In this document: piece by piece, positions 22,061 to 35,610 of the stretch
Layout of the letters: each line of letters begins with the position of its first letter
Numbering within the stretch: the first letter of the stretch is position 1
NCBI RefSeq assembly: GCF_963921235.1
Contig: NC_086097.1
Span: 26,414,001 to 26,478,000 of the forward strand
DNA from: Mobula hypostoma
Taxonomy: Eukaryota
Reading direction: 5' to 3'
DNA length: 64,000 bases
Program-made: the position numbers and the translations under genes
Notes under the pieces: model-generated
Database searches by the model: none
What the model saw: only the letters and a program-made list of their open reading frames with translations
What the model was told of the DNA's origin: nothing

Positions 22061-25000
22061 CGTAACTGTTCTTTACACACAGCGCAGCTCACACTGATAT
22101 CTGTGCAACAGTGGGTCTCTGCCAACATTCAATACCTGCTTAGGTTAACATACTACATGACAGGTTTTCCAACAGACAAACAGAAAACTCTTGTGCTCTT
22201 CCAAGTATTGCTGTTCTCTATGAAGCACACTTCAAGGATCAGTTTTATTTTCCACATACGTTCAAGTCTTGGGCACAGCAGGAAACAAAATTAAAACAAT
22301 ATTCAACATTAAGAATAAAGAATCATATAAAAAGTAACGTCAGAGGTTTATTGGCATAATTTGTCTTCGCGTTTCCAATAGCAAAGTGATGAGCTCATCC
22401 TAGTAGTTGCATTCCATGTCCTTTGAAGTTACACCGCTGGCTGGCAAAAGAGGTTCACTTTGTTACTGTCTATTATTTGACTTATTTATTTAGAGATGGA
22501 AAAGCCCCTTCTGGAAGCCCCATTGCCCAGCAACCCACCGCTTTAACCCTAGCTGAATCATGGTACAATTTGCAATGACCAATTAACCTACATCCCTGGA
22601 CTGTGGGAGGCAACCGGAGCACCCGGAGGAAAACTACGCGTACATGGGAAGGAATGTACAAACTTGTGTTTAAGGCAGCTTGCAAGTGTCAACACACATT
22701 TCGGCACCAACAGGCAAGTACTTCTGTGACTGAGAGTGAGACCTCAGAATGGTATGTCGCCTCCCTGGTGCCAGAGTTAGAGATGCCTTGGACCAGGTAG
22801 AGCATTCTGATCGGGCAGGAGAGCAGCCACTGTTACCAATGATGTAGGTAAAAAGAGTGATGACATCCTCACTGGAATTGAACTCTGAACTCTGACACCT
22901 CAAGCTGTAAAAGTGTTGTACTTCTTAAACACCCTTTATTGTTTATCCAAAGGTGGATAGTCATTGCCCTTGGTGAATTACTGCTTTCCTTGGAGTCAAA
23001 GTTGTTCAGCACAGAAACAAGCTCTTTGACTCACGATGTCCATGCCAACTTTTTTGCCCATCTATATTCATCCTATTTGATTAGGTCTATGGAGTCCCTT
23101 CCTTCTGCACCAGCTCTTTAGCTGCACAGTTACTGCCCCCTCCTCTTATTCTATCTTCACTAGCACGTGACACAAATAGCAATCTTGAGATCACGATCCT
23201 AGAGATCCTGCCTTTTAAGCTTCTACGTAACTCAAGCTCACTTAGCAGGACCTCATCCCTCTTTTTACCTACAGCATTGATAACAATGGCTGCTCTCCTG
23301 CCCGATCAGAATGTTCTACCTGATCCAAGGCATCTCTAACTCTGGCACCAGGGAGGCGACATACCATTCTGAAGTCTCACTCTCAGTCAGAGAAGCACTT
23401 GCCTGTTGGTGCCGGAATGTGTGTCAATGCTTGCAAGCTGCCTTAAGCACAAGTTTAGGCTGTGTTGGTTGTTAACATAAATGACACATTTCACGGTATG
23501 TTTCGATGTACATGTGATAAATAAAATAAAACTAAATTTGAATATTCCCTGGACATTTCTCCCCTCTGCTGTTTAGCAGAACTAACTGTAGTGTTACAAG
23601 CCAGCCCTATTGCTGTTTTTCTCTCTAAGGCCATTCCTTCCCAACTGTATCCAAAATGGAAACCCAATGACTTGGCCTCCACAGCCATCCGTGGCAATGA
23701 ATTCCACAGATTCACTCCCCTCTAGCTAAAGAAATTCCTCCTCTTATGGTTATGGACCAAATGTAGCCAAATGGGACTTGCAGGGAGGAGGATGTGGTTG
23801 GCATGGACCAGTTGGGTAAAAGAGCCTCACTCTATAACACCATGTGGGTTGTAATATTTTACAAAACGGATTTTTTTAAAAATGAAACTTTGATATTGCT
23901 AGTGGCACCATCAACAACGATCACAGAAAACATTGGGGAAAAGCCTTTAATGAGCAGCAAGGAATCCCACTGAGAGGGTTTGATTATGCTGGCAAAAATG
24001 TCCTGCAAATGGAGGAAATGGCAGTGATTGCTTTTGACTGCCGGTAGAAACAGTAATCAGCCAAGCTTCTGTATGCCAGTAATGTGGTCTTGATAAGTGC
24101 AAAGACGTCGGGCAAGAAAATTTCAATAAGTAAATGACTGAAAGTGGTGCTGAGGAAGAATAACCAACAAACAAGCCTGCCTAAGAAGAGGCAAAGATGC
24201 TGGTTCCAAGTAACAAACTTTGCCCTTAAATGGCCTTCTTGATTCACATGTTTGTCCACATACATCTTAAATGCTTCCACCACTCTCTCAGGCAGTATGT
24301 TACAAGCACCTTCTGAGTGAATTTTTTTCTTCATACCTCCTGCAGACTTCCTTTTCCTAACCTTAAAGCTATGCCCTCCAGTTCTTAATGTCTCTGTTAT
24401 GGGGAAAAATGTATTGCCATCTACATTTTAACTTTATACATCATAAGTTTGTTTCCGCACTCAAATCACCCCTCCGCCTCCATTGCTTCATGGGAAAAAA
24501 AATTCTCAGCCTATCCAGACTTTCCTCATAACCAAAATGCTCTTATTTTCAGTAACATCCAAGTGAATCTCCTCTGTGCTCTCTCTAGATCTGTAACAGA
24601 GATGAGAAGGAACTTCTTTAGTCAGAGGTTGGTGAGACTCCAGAATTCATTGCCACAGACAGCAGTGGAAGCCAAGTCATTGGGTATATTTAAAGTTGAG
24701 TTTGACAGTTTCTTGATTAGTAAAGGTGTCGAAGGTTACGGGGTGAAGGCTGAATGGGGTTGAGAGGGATAATAAATCAGCCATGATTCAATGACAGAGC
24801 AGACTTGATAGGCTAAATGGCTAAATTTTGCTCTTACATCTCAAGGTCTTATGGTCTCATTAAGTCTATGACATTTGCACTCTCCATGCTTGGGTATCTC
24901 AACTCATTAACATTTCACTGTGTGGTCATATGACTTATTTCTGTAATGCAACATTGCAATACTCTAATTATTTATATTAAACTTAAACATTTCAATTTGG

Positions 25001-25990
25001 TTAAACACAACATCAAGAGTACGTTTATATTAGAACTGTATGGCCATATCATCATTTGCTTATACAATTTTGGAATTAGTTTGCAAAGCGGAAGTGTCAC
25101 AACTTTTTTATTTCCAGAGTCAGCAAGATGCCATCTTGTATCTGCTAATGCCTGCAGCTGATGAACTATTTTTGCTCACTGTATCAACTGAGTGTTTGAG
25201 GAAAACTACTGAAGGTCCCTTCTTGATCTCTGTTTAATGACGCCTGGTAGAAATAGCACAAAGTGTACTAGGCAAAAATTGGCAGTCAATATCAAGCCTA
25301 GTGCATTTTTGGAGAATAAATGACATCCACTTAAACTGCAGAATCAGCCAACACTTTCAGGAAAAAAAGGCAGATAGAGAAATGAAAGCAAACAAATGTG
25401 AACACAGTAAGGATGAATATAATTAGCTGTTGTGACACATCAAGTCTTTGCCTGCCAGATGGCTCAAGAGGGACAGCAAAAAAATGGTGTGGTCACAATC
25501 CATAACTTTTTCTAAGTGTACCAAAATAGATTCAATAGGCTGAATCTATGGAATTGCCACAAACTACTGTGAAGGCCACGTCATCGGCTATATTTAAAGT
25601 GGAGGCTGATAGGTTCTTGATTATAAGAGCCTCAAAAGCAATGGGGAGAAAGTAGAAGAATGGAGTTGAGAGGGCAAATAAATCCTCCATGATGGAATGA
25701 CAGAGCAGACCCAATGGGCCGAATGGCCTGTTTCTGCTCTCGTGTTTTATGGGCTTTTGAAATATGTACTAACAGAGAACTATGCGCATTGGGGCACAAG
25801 TTAAAATTCCAGCAATCTATTATGAATATCTTTGCTGGTTTTATGTAGATCTAGAATCACCCTATCATCGAATGTCATTTGTCAATACAAAACTGTTAAT
25901 TTCTCAGGCTTTTCATCTTCCCTTGTTAATTCACTTTACAACAAAGCTTTTAAATTATAGGCAATGAAGGTGCATATTTAAAGTCATGAA

Positions 25991-26168
25991 TACGTGCAAA
26001 TTGCTGGAAGAACTCAGCAGGTCAGACAGCATCGATGGATGGGAATAAACAGTTGACTTTTCGTCAGGTCCTGTTGAAATTCATCTGCTGCCTGATCTGC
26101 TGAGTTCTTCCAGGCATTTTGTGTGTGTGGTTCAAGATTTCCAGCATCTGATTAATCTTGTTTTGTTT
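25991..26168. mobile_element. Fold-back Penelope pLTR insertion; similar copies at 27881-27972, 32100-32227 and 38540-38713
   Basis: Inverted arms; imperfect TSD atttaaagtcatgaa / atttaatgtcaagaa (25976, 26169). The copy at 38540 has TSD tgctctggatta (38528, 38714). Confidence 0.75.
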
Positions 26169-28709
26169 ATTTAATGTCAAGAAGCCAATATGAGCAATGT
26201 CCCAGCTTTGAATGTAATCCCCACTAATGTATATAAAGATCTTCAACAGTCACACCACATGATCAACCTTGTGAAATAACAGCAACAGATCTGCACAATG
26301 CAGAATCATTTACTTTAAGTTTCTCAACATGACTGTTTCTTCTGAAGCAACACAACATGGATGAAAGTGCAATTTCAGTGAAATAGAGTTATAATGTACT
26401 TATCACAACTGAATTTGGAAAACTTGCTGTACAATTGAAACTTTTGTCTTTCTAAAGTTGAGTACTAATTGCTTATGATACTTGGGGCTAGATAAAACCA
26501 TGTAAAAAAATCATGGTGATAAATTTAGAAATTTAAAGCAATACAGTATGAATATTAAAGCACTTTAGGTACAATATTACCTTCAGTATTCTAACATTAG
26601 TATGAAAAGTAAGACTGGTGGCAGTCAGTACAAGATCGGGGTTGATTAGAATGTAATCAAAAGTGGTGCAGCAGTCCTGAGAAAACAAATATAATTAATA
26701 AGTATTAAATTCTTGCTTTTCCCTAACTAGGTTTATTGGCCTGATGAGTTGTACCACCCAGGGTACTTAGATACATGTCATTAAGCTGCAGATTGCAAAC
26801 ACAATTAAAGTAATGATTTTAAACTTGTTAATACAAGCCGAAGGTATAAATCATTTATGGGCACCATTCATGTGGCACAGCAAAAGACGGTATTGTGCCA
26901 ATCACTTTCTTTCACTTCAGACTGCTCCATCAGGATCAGCAACAGTTATCACCCTTCAACCATCAGGCTCCTGAAGCAGCATGGATAACTTCACTCACGT
27001 CAACTCTGAACTGATCCCACAACCTACACACTTACTTTCAAAGACTCGAGAACCACATTCTCAATATTATTTATGTACTATTTATTTATTACCATTTGTC
27101 CTTTTTGTATTTGCTGTTTCCCTTTTTTTACAAATTGGTTGTTTGTCAGCCTTTGTGTGTAGGTTTTCGTCAATCCTATTGGATTTCTTTGCTCTCCTGT
27201 GAATGCCCGCAAGAGATTAATCTCAGGGTGGTATATGATGCAATATACCTACTTTGATAATAAATTTATTTTGGGCTTTGATATCTAGTCAGTTATCCAT
27301 TTCACATGTACAGCAGTGCAAAGGCCAGAGGTACTAAAGCCAATTTAAATTTCCGAATGCATTTTTAACAGTGGAAAAATCAATAATATTTAAGGCCACT
27401 TTCTTAATGATTTACCAATGTATGAGAAGACAGCTGGCACACTACTCCAGAAATTCATCCAACCCCAAAAGTCAATAGTGTTTTCAATCATCAAAAAAAA
27501 ATGTGGATTATACATCTATTTCCATAGTAACGCAGTCGTTCCAAGCAAATGTTCTTTGAATCTCAGCAAACAGATATCAAACTCTGAATGTGGCTTCCAT
27601 GTCTGCCATTACTCCATATACTTAATCACATTTACTACTTTGCAAGTGTATTGCTTTTATTATTTCTTTCAAAAGGATTAAATAGATACAGACAAACAGT
27701 TTGGATGAAGGCTACAGTCAACTTCTTATTGAAATTACAACCTTCAGAGAGGAGGTACAACCTTCAGAGAGGAGGTACAGGAGCCTAAAAACACACACTC
27801 CAAATTTTTAGAATTGCTTCTGCAGCTCTGCCATCAAATTTCTCAATGGACAATGAATACTATCACACTACATGTCAAAGTTCCTGAAGGTGAGTCTCGG
27901 CCCGAAACTGTTTACTCTTTTCCATAGATGCTGCCTGGTCTGCTGAGTTCCTCCAGCATTTTGTGTGTTGCTTGTAATTTGATCCAAGTGACTTTGTGGA
28001 ATGATTGTTGATGCCAAATAGGGTGGTTTGATTATCTTAAAAACAGTTGATCTCACATTCAACAGTCTCTATAATTTACAGAGATTGGTGTTTGTAAAAA
28101 AAAAATCCAGTGAGCGGCTTTTCTGTGGGCGAAAGTGCCTTGTTAATGAGGGAGGTCAGAGGGGAACGGCCGGGAGAGTTCAAGTAGACAGGAAGGCAAC
28201 AGCAAATTAAATAACCATGCGTTACAACAGTTGGTGTGCAGAAGAGCATCTCTGAATGCACAAAACGTCAAAACTTGAAGTGGATAGGCTACAGAAACAA
28301 AAGACCACATCAGGTTTAACTGCTGTACATAATAAAGTAGCCAATGAGTGCACGTCTCATACTGTAATTTATAATACATATGATGCAATTCATCGCATTG
28401 CTGTCACTTACTTGCACTACTTCTCTTTCTTTACATGCAGTGGATTCCGATTAAATGGGGCATATCAGGAGCAGTACATTTTGTCCCAATTAAGAGGCTG
28501 CCTCAATTAGCTGAAGTTTCATTGAAATATAAACCCCATTTCCAGAAAAGTTGGGATATTTTCCAAAATGCAATAAAAACAAAAATCTGTGATACGTTAA
28601 TTCACATGAACCTTTATTTAACTGACAAAAGTACGAAGAAAAGATTTTCAACAGTCTTACAGATCTACTTAATTGTATTTTGTAAACGTACACAAATTTA
28701 GAATTTGAT

Positions 28710-29047
28710 AGTCATGGTCATACTTCATTGATCCCGGGGGAAATTGGTTTTTGTTACAGTTGCTCCATAAATAATAAGTAGTAATAGAACCATAAATAGT
28801 TAGATAGTAATATGCAAATTATGCCAGTAAATTATGAAATAAATCCAGGAGCAGCCTATTGGTTCAGGGTGTCTGACCCTCCAAGGGAGGAGTTGTAAAG
28901 TTTGATGGCCACAGGCAGGAATGACTTCCTATGACGCTCAGTGCCGCATCTCAGTGGAATGAGTCTCTGGCTGAATGTACTCCTGTGCCCACCCAGTACA
29001 TTATGTAGTGGATGGGAGACATTGTCCAAGATGGCATGCAACTTAGT
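28710..29047 (-). mobile_element. Rex1/Babar 3' end inserted in the Tc1 left TIR
   Basis: Highly similar to 9396-9733; ORF 28856-29065 (SHPLHNVL..RKSFLPVAIKLYN). Confidence 0.88.
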
Positions 29048-29132
29048 ATGGCTGCAACACACCACATAAGTTGGGACAGAGGCATGTTTACCATTGGGTT
29101 ATATCACCTTTCCTTTTAGTAACACTTTTTAA

Positions 29133-30100
29133 TCATTTTGGAACTGAGGATACTAATAGTAGTGGATTTGCAATTGGAAATTTTGTCCATTCTTGCTTGA
29201 TATAAGACTTCAGCTGTTCAACAGTCCGTGGTCTCCGTTGTCTGATTCTCCTCTTCATGATGCACCATACATTTTCAATAGGAGATAGATCTGGACTGGC
29301 AGCAGGCCAGTCAAGCACACGCACTCTGTGTCTACAAAGCCACGCTGTTATAGCCCATGCAGAATGTGGTCTGGCATTGTCCTGCTGAAAAAAGCATGGA
29401 CGTCCCGGGAAGAGACGTCGCCTTGATGGCAACATATGTCTCTCTAAAATCCTCAGAGTCAATGGTACCTTCACATACATGCAACTCACCCATGCCGTGG
29501 GCACTGATACACCCCCATACCATCACAGATGCTGGCTTTTGCACCTTTCGCTGATAACAATCTGGATGGTCGTTTTCATCTTTGGCACGGAGAACTCGAC
29601 GCCAGTTTTTTCCAAAAAACTAGCTGAAATGTGGACTCATCTGACCACAGCACACTGTTCCACAGTCTTTCGGTCCATCTGAGATGAGCTCAGGCCCAGA
29701 GAACTCGCCGGCGTTTCTGCATAGAGTTGATGTATGGCTTCCTCCTTGCGTAATACAGTTTCAAGTTGCATTTCTGGATGCAGCGACTGACTGTGTTGAG
29801 TGACAATGGTTTTACGAAGTACTCCCGAGCCCAGGTGGATATAATTGTCACAGCAGCATGACGATTTCTTAGGCAGTGCCGCCTGAGGGCTCGAAGATCA
29901 TGCGCATTCAACAGTGGTTTCCGACCTTGCCCTTTACGCACTGAGATGTCTCTGAATTCTCTGAATCTTTTCACAATATTATGTACTGCAGATGTTGAAA
30001 GACCTAAATTCTCTGCAATCTTGCGTTGAGAAATGTTCCTTTTGAACTGACTAACAATTCTCTCACGAATTTTGGCACAAAGGGGTGAGCCACGACCCAT
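29133..30100 (-). pseudogene. Tc1 DD34E transposase, disrupted by a stop and frameshifts
   Basis: Paired-like HTH N-terminus (SQRKIAENLGLSTSAVHNIVKRF, GQGRK), [34 protein letters not shown]; 34 residues between the second D and the E. Confidence 0.9.
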
Positions 30101-33100
30101 CCTTGCTTGCAAAGACTGAGCCTTTGATGGACGCTACTTTTATACCCAGTCAGGATACCTCACCTGCTACCAATTAGCCTGCTTAATGTGGAGTCTTCCA
30201 AACCGGTGTTACTTGAATATTCTGTGCACTTTTCAATCTTATTTTAACTCTGTCCCAACTTTTGTTGAGTGTGTTGCAGCCATCAAATTCTAAATTTGTG
30301 TATGTTTACAAAATACAATTAAGTTGGTCAGTAAAACTATTGAAAATCTTTTCTTTGTACTTTTGTCAGTTAAATAAAGGTTCACGTAAATTAACATATC
30401 ACAGATTTTTGTTTTTACTGCATTTTGGAAAATATCCCAACTTTTCTGGAAATGGGGTTTGTAGTTAAAAAGGTATTAAAAAAAGGCAAAATGAGTAACA
30501 AATAATGTACTTAAATGAAATACAGAATAAATCAGAATACCACCCAATAGTACTACATTACTAGAAAACCATTAGTTCATAATAGTTATCGACAGAGGAA
30601 TTCATCTGGTGTATACAATGAAACACAAGCACAATTATGAAGAAAACATGGCAGCGCCTCGACTCCTTGGGAATTTGTGAAGATTCAGCATGACATCTAA
30701 AACTTTGACAAACTTCTGTGGATGTGTGGTGGACAGTGTGTTGACAGACTGCGTCACACCCTGTCATAGGAAAATTAATGCCATTGTACTGAAAATCCTA
30801 CAATAAGTAGTGGATGCAGCCCAGTCCATCACGGGTAAAGCCCTCCTCACCACTCAGCACATCTACATGAAATGTAGTTGCAGGAAAGCAGCATCCATCA
30901 TGAGGGACCTCCATCAACCAGGTCATGCTCTCTTCTCGCTGCAGCCATCAGGAAGAAGGTACAGGAACCTCAGGACTCACACCCCCAGGTTCAGGACCAG
31001 TTGTTGCCCCCTCAGGCATTAGGCTCTTGAACGAAGGGGTGTTGACTTTATTTGGCTTCACATACCCATCATTGAAATGTTCCCACAACCTATGGACTCA
31101 CTTTTGAAGATTCATCTCATGTTCTTGATATTTATCACTTATTTATTTATTATTATTATTTCTTTCTTTTTGTATTTGCACAGTTTGCTGTCTTTAGCAC
31201 ACTGGGTACAGTCTTTCATTGATTCCATTATGGTTATTGTTCTATTATGGATTTATTGAGTATGCCTGGAACAAAATTAATCTCAGGGTTGTGCACGGTG
31301 ACATATATGTACTTCGATAATAAATTTACTTTGAACAAAATCTGCGCAGACACATAGTGCAAATAATGGACAGCCTTCATACAATGCTTTCAATGACTGC
31401 ATCATCCAAATCATTACTTTCATTGTAACATTCAAGATGATTGCTGATACCTTCAAATCCTTTGTAGTACCTAACTTGTTAAAGTAGTGAGATCATTTTA
31501 TTTTCACTCACGGACGTTTCTGGCATCTCCAAGCCTGAATGTTTGAAACCACAGTGAAAACAACTTGGAATTCCCTTAACTGCTTATTTCTTGCCAACTT
31601 TCAGTGACAAAAACCACTGCTTTTTGAACACAAACACATGCAACCAACGTAATTTAAAAACTGTTCACTCTAAGCATGGTGTTGCATCTAATAGCCACAC
31701 AAGTGCTTGCACTGACGCTAGTTAGAATCTATTCGTTAACAGCCTCCTGTCCCAGTTAAGCAGCATAGAGCTCCAAACAAACACAGGGAATCCTGACAAT
31801 TTTCTCAAATAGATTTTTTTTTCCTTTAAAAGTTGTCCCAAGTAAGTGAATGCTCCAATTAGTCAGAATTCATTGTATATTTCTCATTATAATTTGTAAC
31901 TTTTATGTCTTGCACTGTACAAAAGAAATCTCACAACATAGGTTAGTGATAATAAACCTGTTTATGACTTTGAAATGTAGACCTATTCAACAAATAGAAT
32001 TTATAACACAGAAGCCATTCAACTCACTAGGTTTACATAGTTGTTAATGCACAACCTAATCCACAATCTTATCCAACCAACACAGCCACTCATGTCTTAG
32101 CAACACACACAAAATACTGGAGAAACTCCACAAGTCACGGAGTATCTATGGAGAGGAATGAACAGCCAATTCTCCTCCATAGATGCTGCCTGACTGGCTG
32201 ATTTCCCTCACTACTGTGTGTGTGTTACCCTTCTCCTTTATCTGCTTGTGCAGCATTTCTTTAAATGCATCTGTTTTAACCATCTCCTATGACATTAAAT
32301 TCCACATTCTCACTTCTCTTTAGTTAAAGAAGTTTATCCCAAATGCTCTGATGACCATTTTATAGTGATAATCTCTCATTATGTTCTTCTCCATGTGGGA
32401 AATTCCACTTTACCAAAATGTTTCATCATTTTCAGATCTATCCTCAAGACCACCACCTACTTTTTTCAGCTGTGAATTACTATACTTTACCACCACTCGG
32501 CTTACTGTTTGAAGGCAGCTAGCAATTCATTCTGCTACTCATGCCCTGACCTCATGTTGTCTGACCTTAGTTGTGGTTTAATGGGGTCACTTTCCCAAGC
32601 CTTTTGAATATCTAGAGAGAGATCACAACTACTACATCATCATTACCTACTCTATTATGTCTTCAAAAATGCAACAATTTTTTCCTTTTAAAATCCACTC
32701 TGTTTAATAATATATTTTTCATTTACACAATTATTTTATTCTCTCCTGGAGTCGTGATTCCATTATTTTTCCTACCAACAAATTGAAGCTGACTCATTCA
32801 TAATTCCTCGGACGTGCACTAATCCTTTTTAAATATATGTATCAAATTACTATCCACTAGTCCTTTGGCAATACACCTCTTTCCAAAGTATTACACATGA
32901 CAATGACTTTGCTATCTCATCCCTGCTTCTACTAAAATGCGTAGATGCAATCTAATCAGACTGGTAGTTGGTTTATCCTCTGTGTGGTTGTTCAGTTTAT
33001 TTAATATTTTTCTTGCTTTTTTTTCTTTCCTTCAAACACATTCATTTATTGCTCATCAACTATTACCATGTCCACCCAATCCATCCCCCAGTAAACACTT

Positions 33101-33660
33101 AAGCTGATACTTAATCTATTTCTGAATAATGATTTAATATTCAACCATCTCCTCTCTTTCCCTTATTGGCCTTATTCCAGTATACTCCTATCCCAATCTC
33201 TATTTTATTTATGTATTTGCAAATTATTTTACAAGTTTGTTTACAGACATATACACAAGATGGAGGGGAGTGAGGGTTTGATCAGATTAATTGCCTGGAG
33301 GAAGAAATATTTAAGATGGTGTAGTTAGAAGGGAACTTTTGGAAAAGCCACTTTCAGGATGTGTAGCATCTACGATATTCTCCCTGCTCACTTCTTTGTC
33401 CTGGACACATACAACTGTAATCTTTTACACATCAGTTGTTTGTCTTTGTGTGTAGATTTTTATTGATTCTATTGGGTTTCTTTGTACCTACTACAAATAT
33501 CCGCAAGAAAGTGAATCTCAGGGTAGTATATGGTGCCAGATACCTAATAAAGTGATCACTGAGTGTATGTTTGTGGTCTTCTGTTGCTTCAGCCATCCAC
33601 TTCAAAGTTCAAAGTGCAATGCATTCAGAGATACTCTTCTGCACACCACTGTTGTAATAC

Positions 33661-33859
33661 ATATAAAAGTTGCTGGTGAACGCAGCAGGCCAGGCAGCAC
33701 CTCTTCCTAGAGATGCTGCCTGGCCTGCGTCCTGACGAAGGGTCTCGGCCTGAAACGTCGACTGCACCTCTTCCTAGAGATGCTGCCTGGCCTGCTGCGT
33801 TCACCAGCAACTTTTGTGTGTTGCTTGAATTTCCAGCATCTGCAGAATTCCTGTTGTTT
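33661..33859 (+). mobile_element. Short Penelope pLTR insertion inside a Tc1-like MITE, with 13-bp TSD and intact hammerhead
   Basis: TSD actgttgtaatac at 33648-33660 and 33860-33872; inverted arm, short duplicated piece, then a direct pLTR. Confidence 0.9.
33729..33762 (+). ncRNA. Minimal hammerhead ribozyme motif, core intact
   Basis: GTC CTGACGA AGGGTCTCGGCCT GAAA CGTC GAC. Confidence 0.78.
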
Positions 33860-34811
33860 ACTGTTGTAATACGTGGTTATTTGAATTACTGTCGCCTTCC
33901 TGTCAGCTTGAACCAGTCCAGCCATTCTTTGCTGACCTCTCTCATTAATAAGGCACTTTCTCCCAAAGAACTGCTGCCTCATGGATGTATTTTGTTTTTC
34001 GCACTGTTGTACGTGGAAATCCCAGGATGTCATCAAGAGGGACTCAAATCACTACATCTGACACCAACAATCATTCCACAATCAAAGTCATTTAGATCAC
34101 ATTTCTTCCCAATTCTGATGTTTGGTCTGAACAACAACTGAACCTTTTGACTACGCCTGCGTGCTTTTATACATTGAATTGCTGTCATGTGATTCGCTGT
34201 TTAGATAATGTATTAGCGATGTGTACAAGCATACTTAATAAATTGGTCACTGAGTGTATATGAATAGGAAAGTCAGCACGGACTTGAAAAGGGAAGGTCA
34301 TGCTTCACCATCATTATTGAGTTCTTTGAAAGAGTAGATCAGTGTAATGAATTGGATGTAATGTACGCAGTTTTTCAAAAATCATTTGGTATCAGTGGTC
34401 AAAGTGTGTGGAATTGGGGTCAAGGAGCAGAATGAACAGAGAAGTGGCATTCAGACAAAGTAGCCACTCAGACTGGCAGGAAGAGAATTAGTTGCTTTGG
34501 AACTCCTGTGGTTCATAGTTTGTATCAATGATTTAAAATCTAATGTGCAATATCCGAATGGCAGCAAATGTAGAGTAATAGTTAAAAATGAATCCGAAAC
34601 TGCTGATCTCCTGGGATTTTCATACACAACAGTCTCTACAATTTACAGAGAATAGTGTGAAAACATCCAATGAGCAGCAGTTCTGTGGGCAAAAATGCCT
34701 TGTTAATAAGAGTTCAGAGGAGAATGGCCAGACTAGTTCAAGCTGACAGGAAGGTGACCGCATCTCAAATAATCACGCATTCCAACAGTGGTGTGCGGAA
34801 GAGCATCCCCG

Positions 34812-35610
34812 ATCAAGTCAGTCGCTTTTTATTGTCATTTCAACCATAAACTGCTGGTACAGTACACAGTAAAAATGAAACAACGTTCTTCCAGGACCAT
34901 GGTGCTACATGAAGCAACACAAAAACTACACTAGACTAAGTGAGACAACACAAGGCTACACTAGACTACGTAAGACAACACAAAAACTACACTAGACTAC
35001 AGACCTACACAGGACTACATAAAGTGCACAAACCAGTGCAGGGCAGAACAATAAATAATAAACAAGACAATAGGCACAGTAGAGGACAAATTACAATATA
35101 ATAATAAATGATGTAGATGTCAGTCTAGACTCTGAGTATTAAGGAGTCTGATGGCTTGGGGGAAGAAACTGCTGCACAGTCTGGTCATGAGAGCCCGAAT
35201 GCTTCGGTACCTTTTGCCAGATGGCAGGAGGGAGAAGAGTTTGTGTGAGGGGTGCGTGGGGGTCCTTCACAATGCTGTTGGCTTTACAGATGCAGCGTGT
35301 GGTGTAAATGTGTGTAATGGTGGGAAGAGAGACCCTGATGATCTTCTCAGCTGACCTCACTACCTGCTGCAGGGTCTTGTGATCTGAGATGGTGAAATTC
35401 CCGAACAAGGCAGTGATGCAGCTGCTCAGGATGCTCTCGGTACATCTCTATAGAATGTGGTGAGGATGGGGGCGGGGGGTGGGAGATGGACTTTCCTCAG
35501 CCTTCACAGAAAGTAGAGACGCTGCTGTGCTTTCTTGGCTATGGAGCTGGTGTTGAGGGACCAGGTGAGATTCTCCGCCAGGTGCTCTTAACAATCTCTA
35601 CGGAGGAGCC
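34812..35610 (-). mobile_element. Rex1/Babar 3' part inserted in a Tc1-like MITE
   Basis: ORF 35139-35408 (DHKTLQQVVRSAEKIIRVSLP); 3'UTR with tandem ctacactagact repeats, related to 39185-39415. Confidence 0.8.

Larger units (their letters stand above)
28530..30461 (-). mobile_element. Full-length Tc1 transposon with long (about 210-bp) TIRs
   Basis: TA-(c/t)aaaccccatttccagaaaagttggga ... tcccaacttttctggaaatggggtttg-TA. The motif aagttggga recurs at the inner TIR end (IR/DR-like). The left TIR is split by a Rex1 insert. Confidence 0.93.
28438..31875. mobile_element. Old Tigger/pogo-like non-autonomous transposon hosting the Tc1 and a Rex1 fragment (about 30630-31335)
   Basis: Ends cagtggattccgattaaatgg and ccaattagtcagaattcattg+TA are imperfect inverted repeats. 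Confidence 0.55.

Noticed and set aside
26741..26748. CTGATGAG as another hammerhead core
   Set aside because: No stem II, GAAA or stem I partner nearby.
34915..35010. Spaced short repeats resembling a CRISPR array
   Set aside because: Degenerate tandem repeats in a Rex1 3'UTR in eukaryotic DNA; no unique spacers or cas genes.
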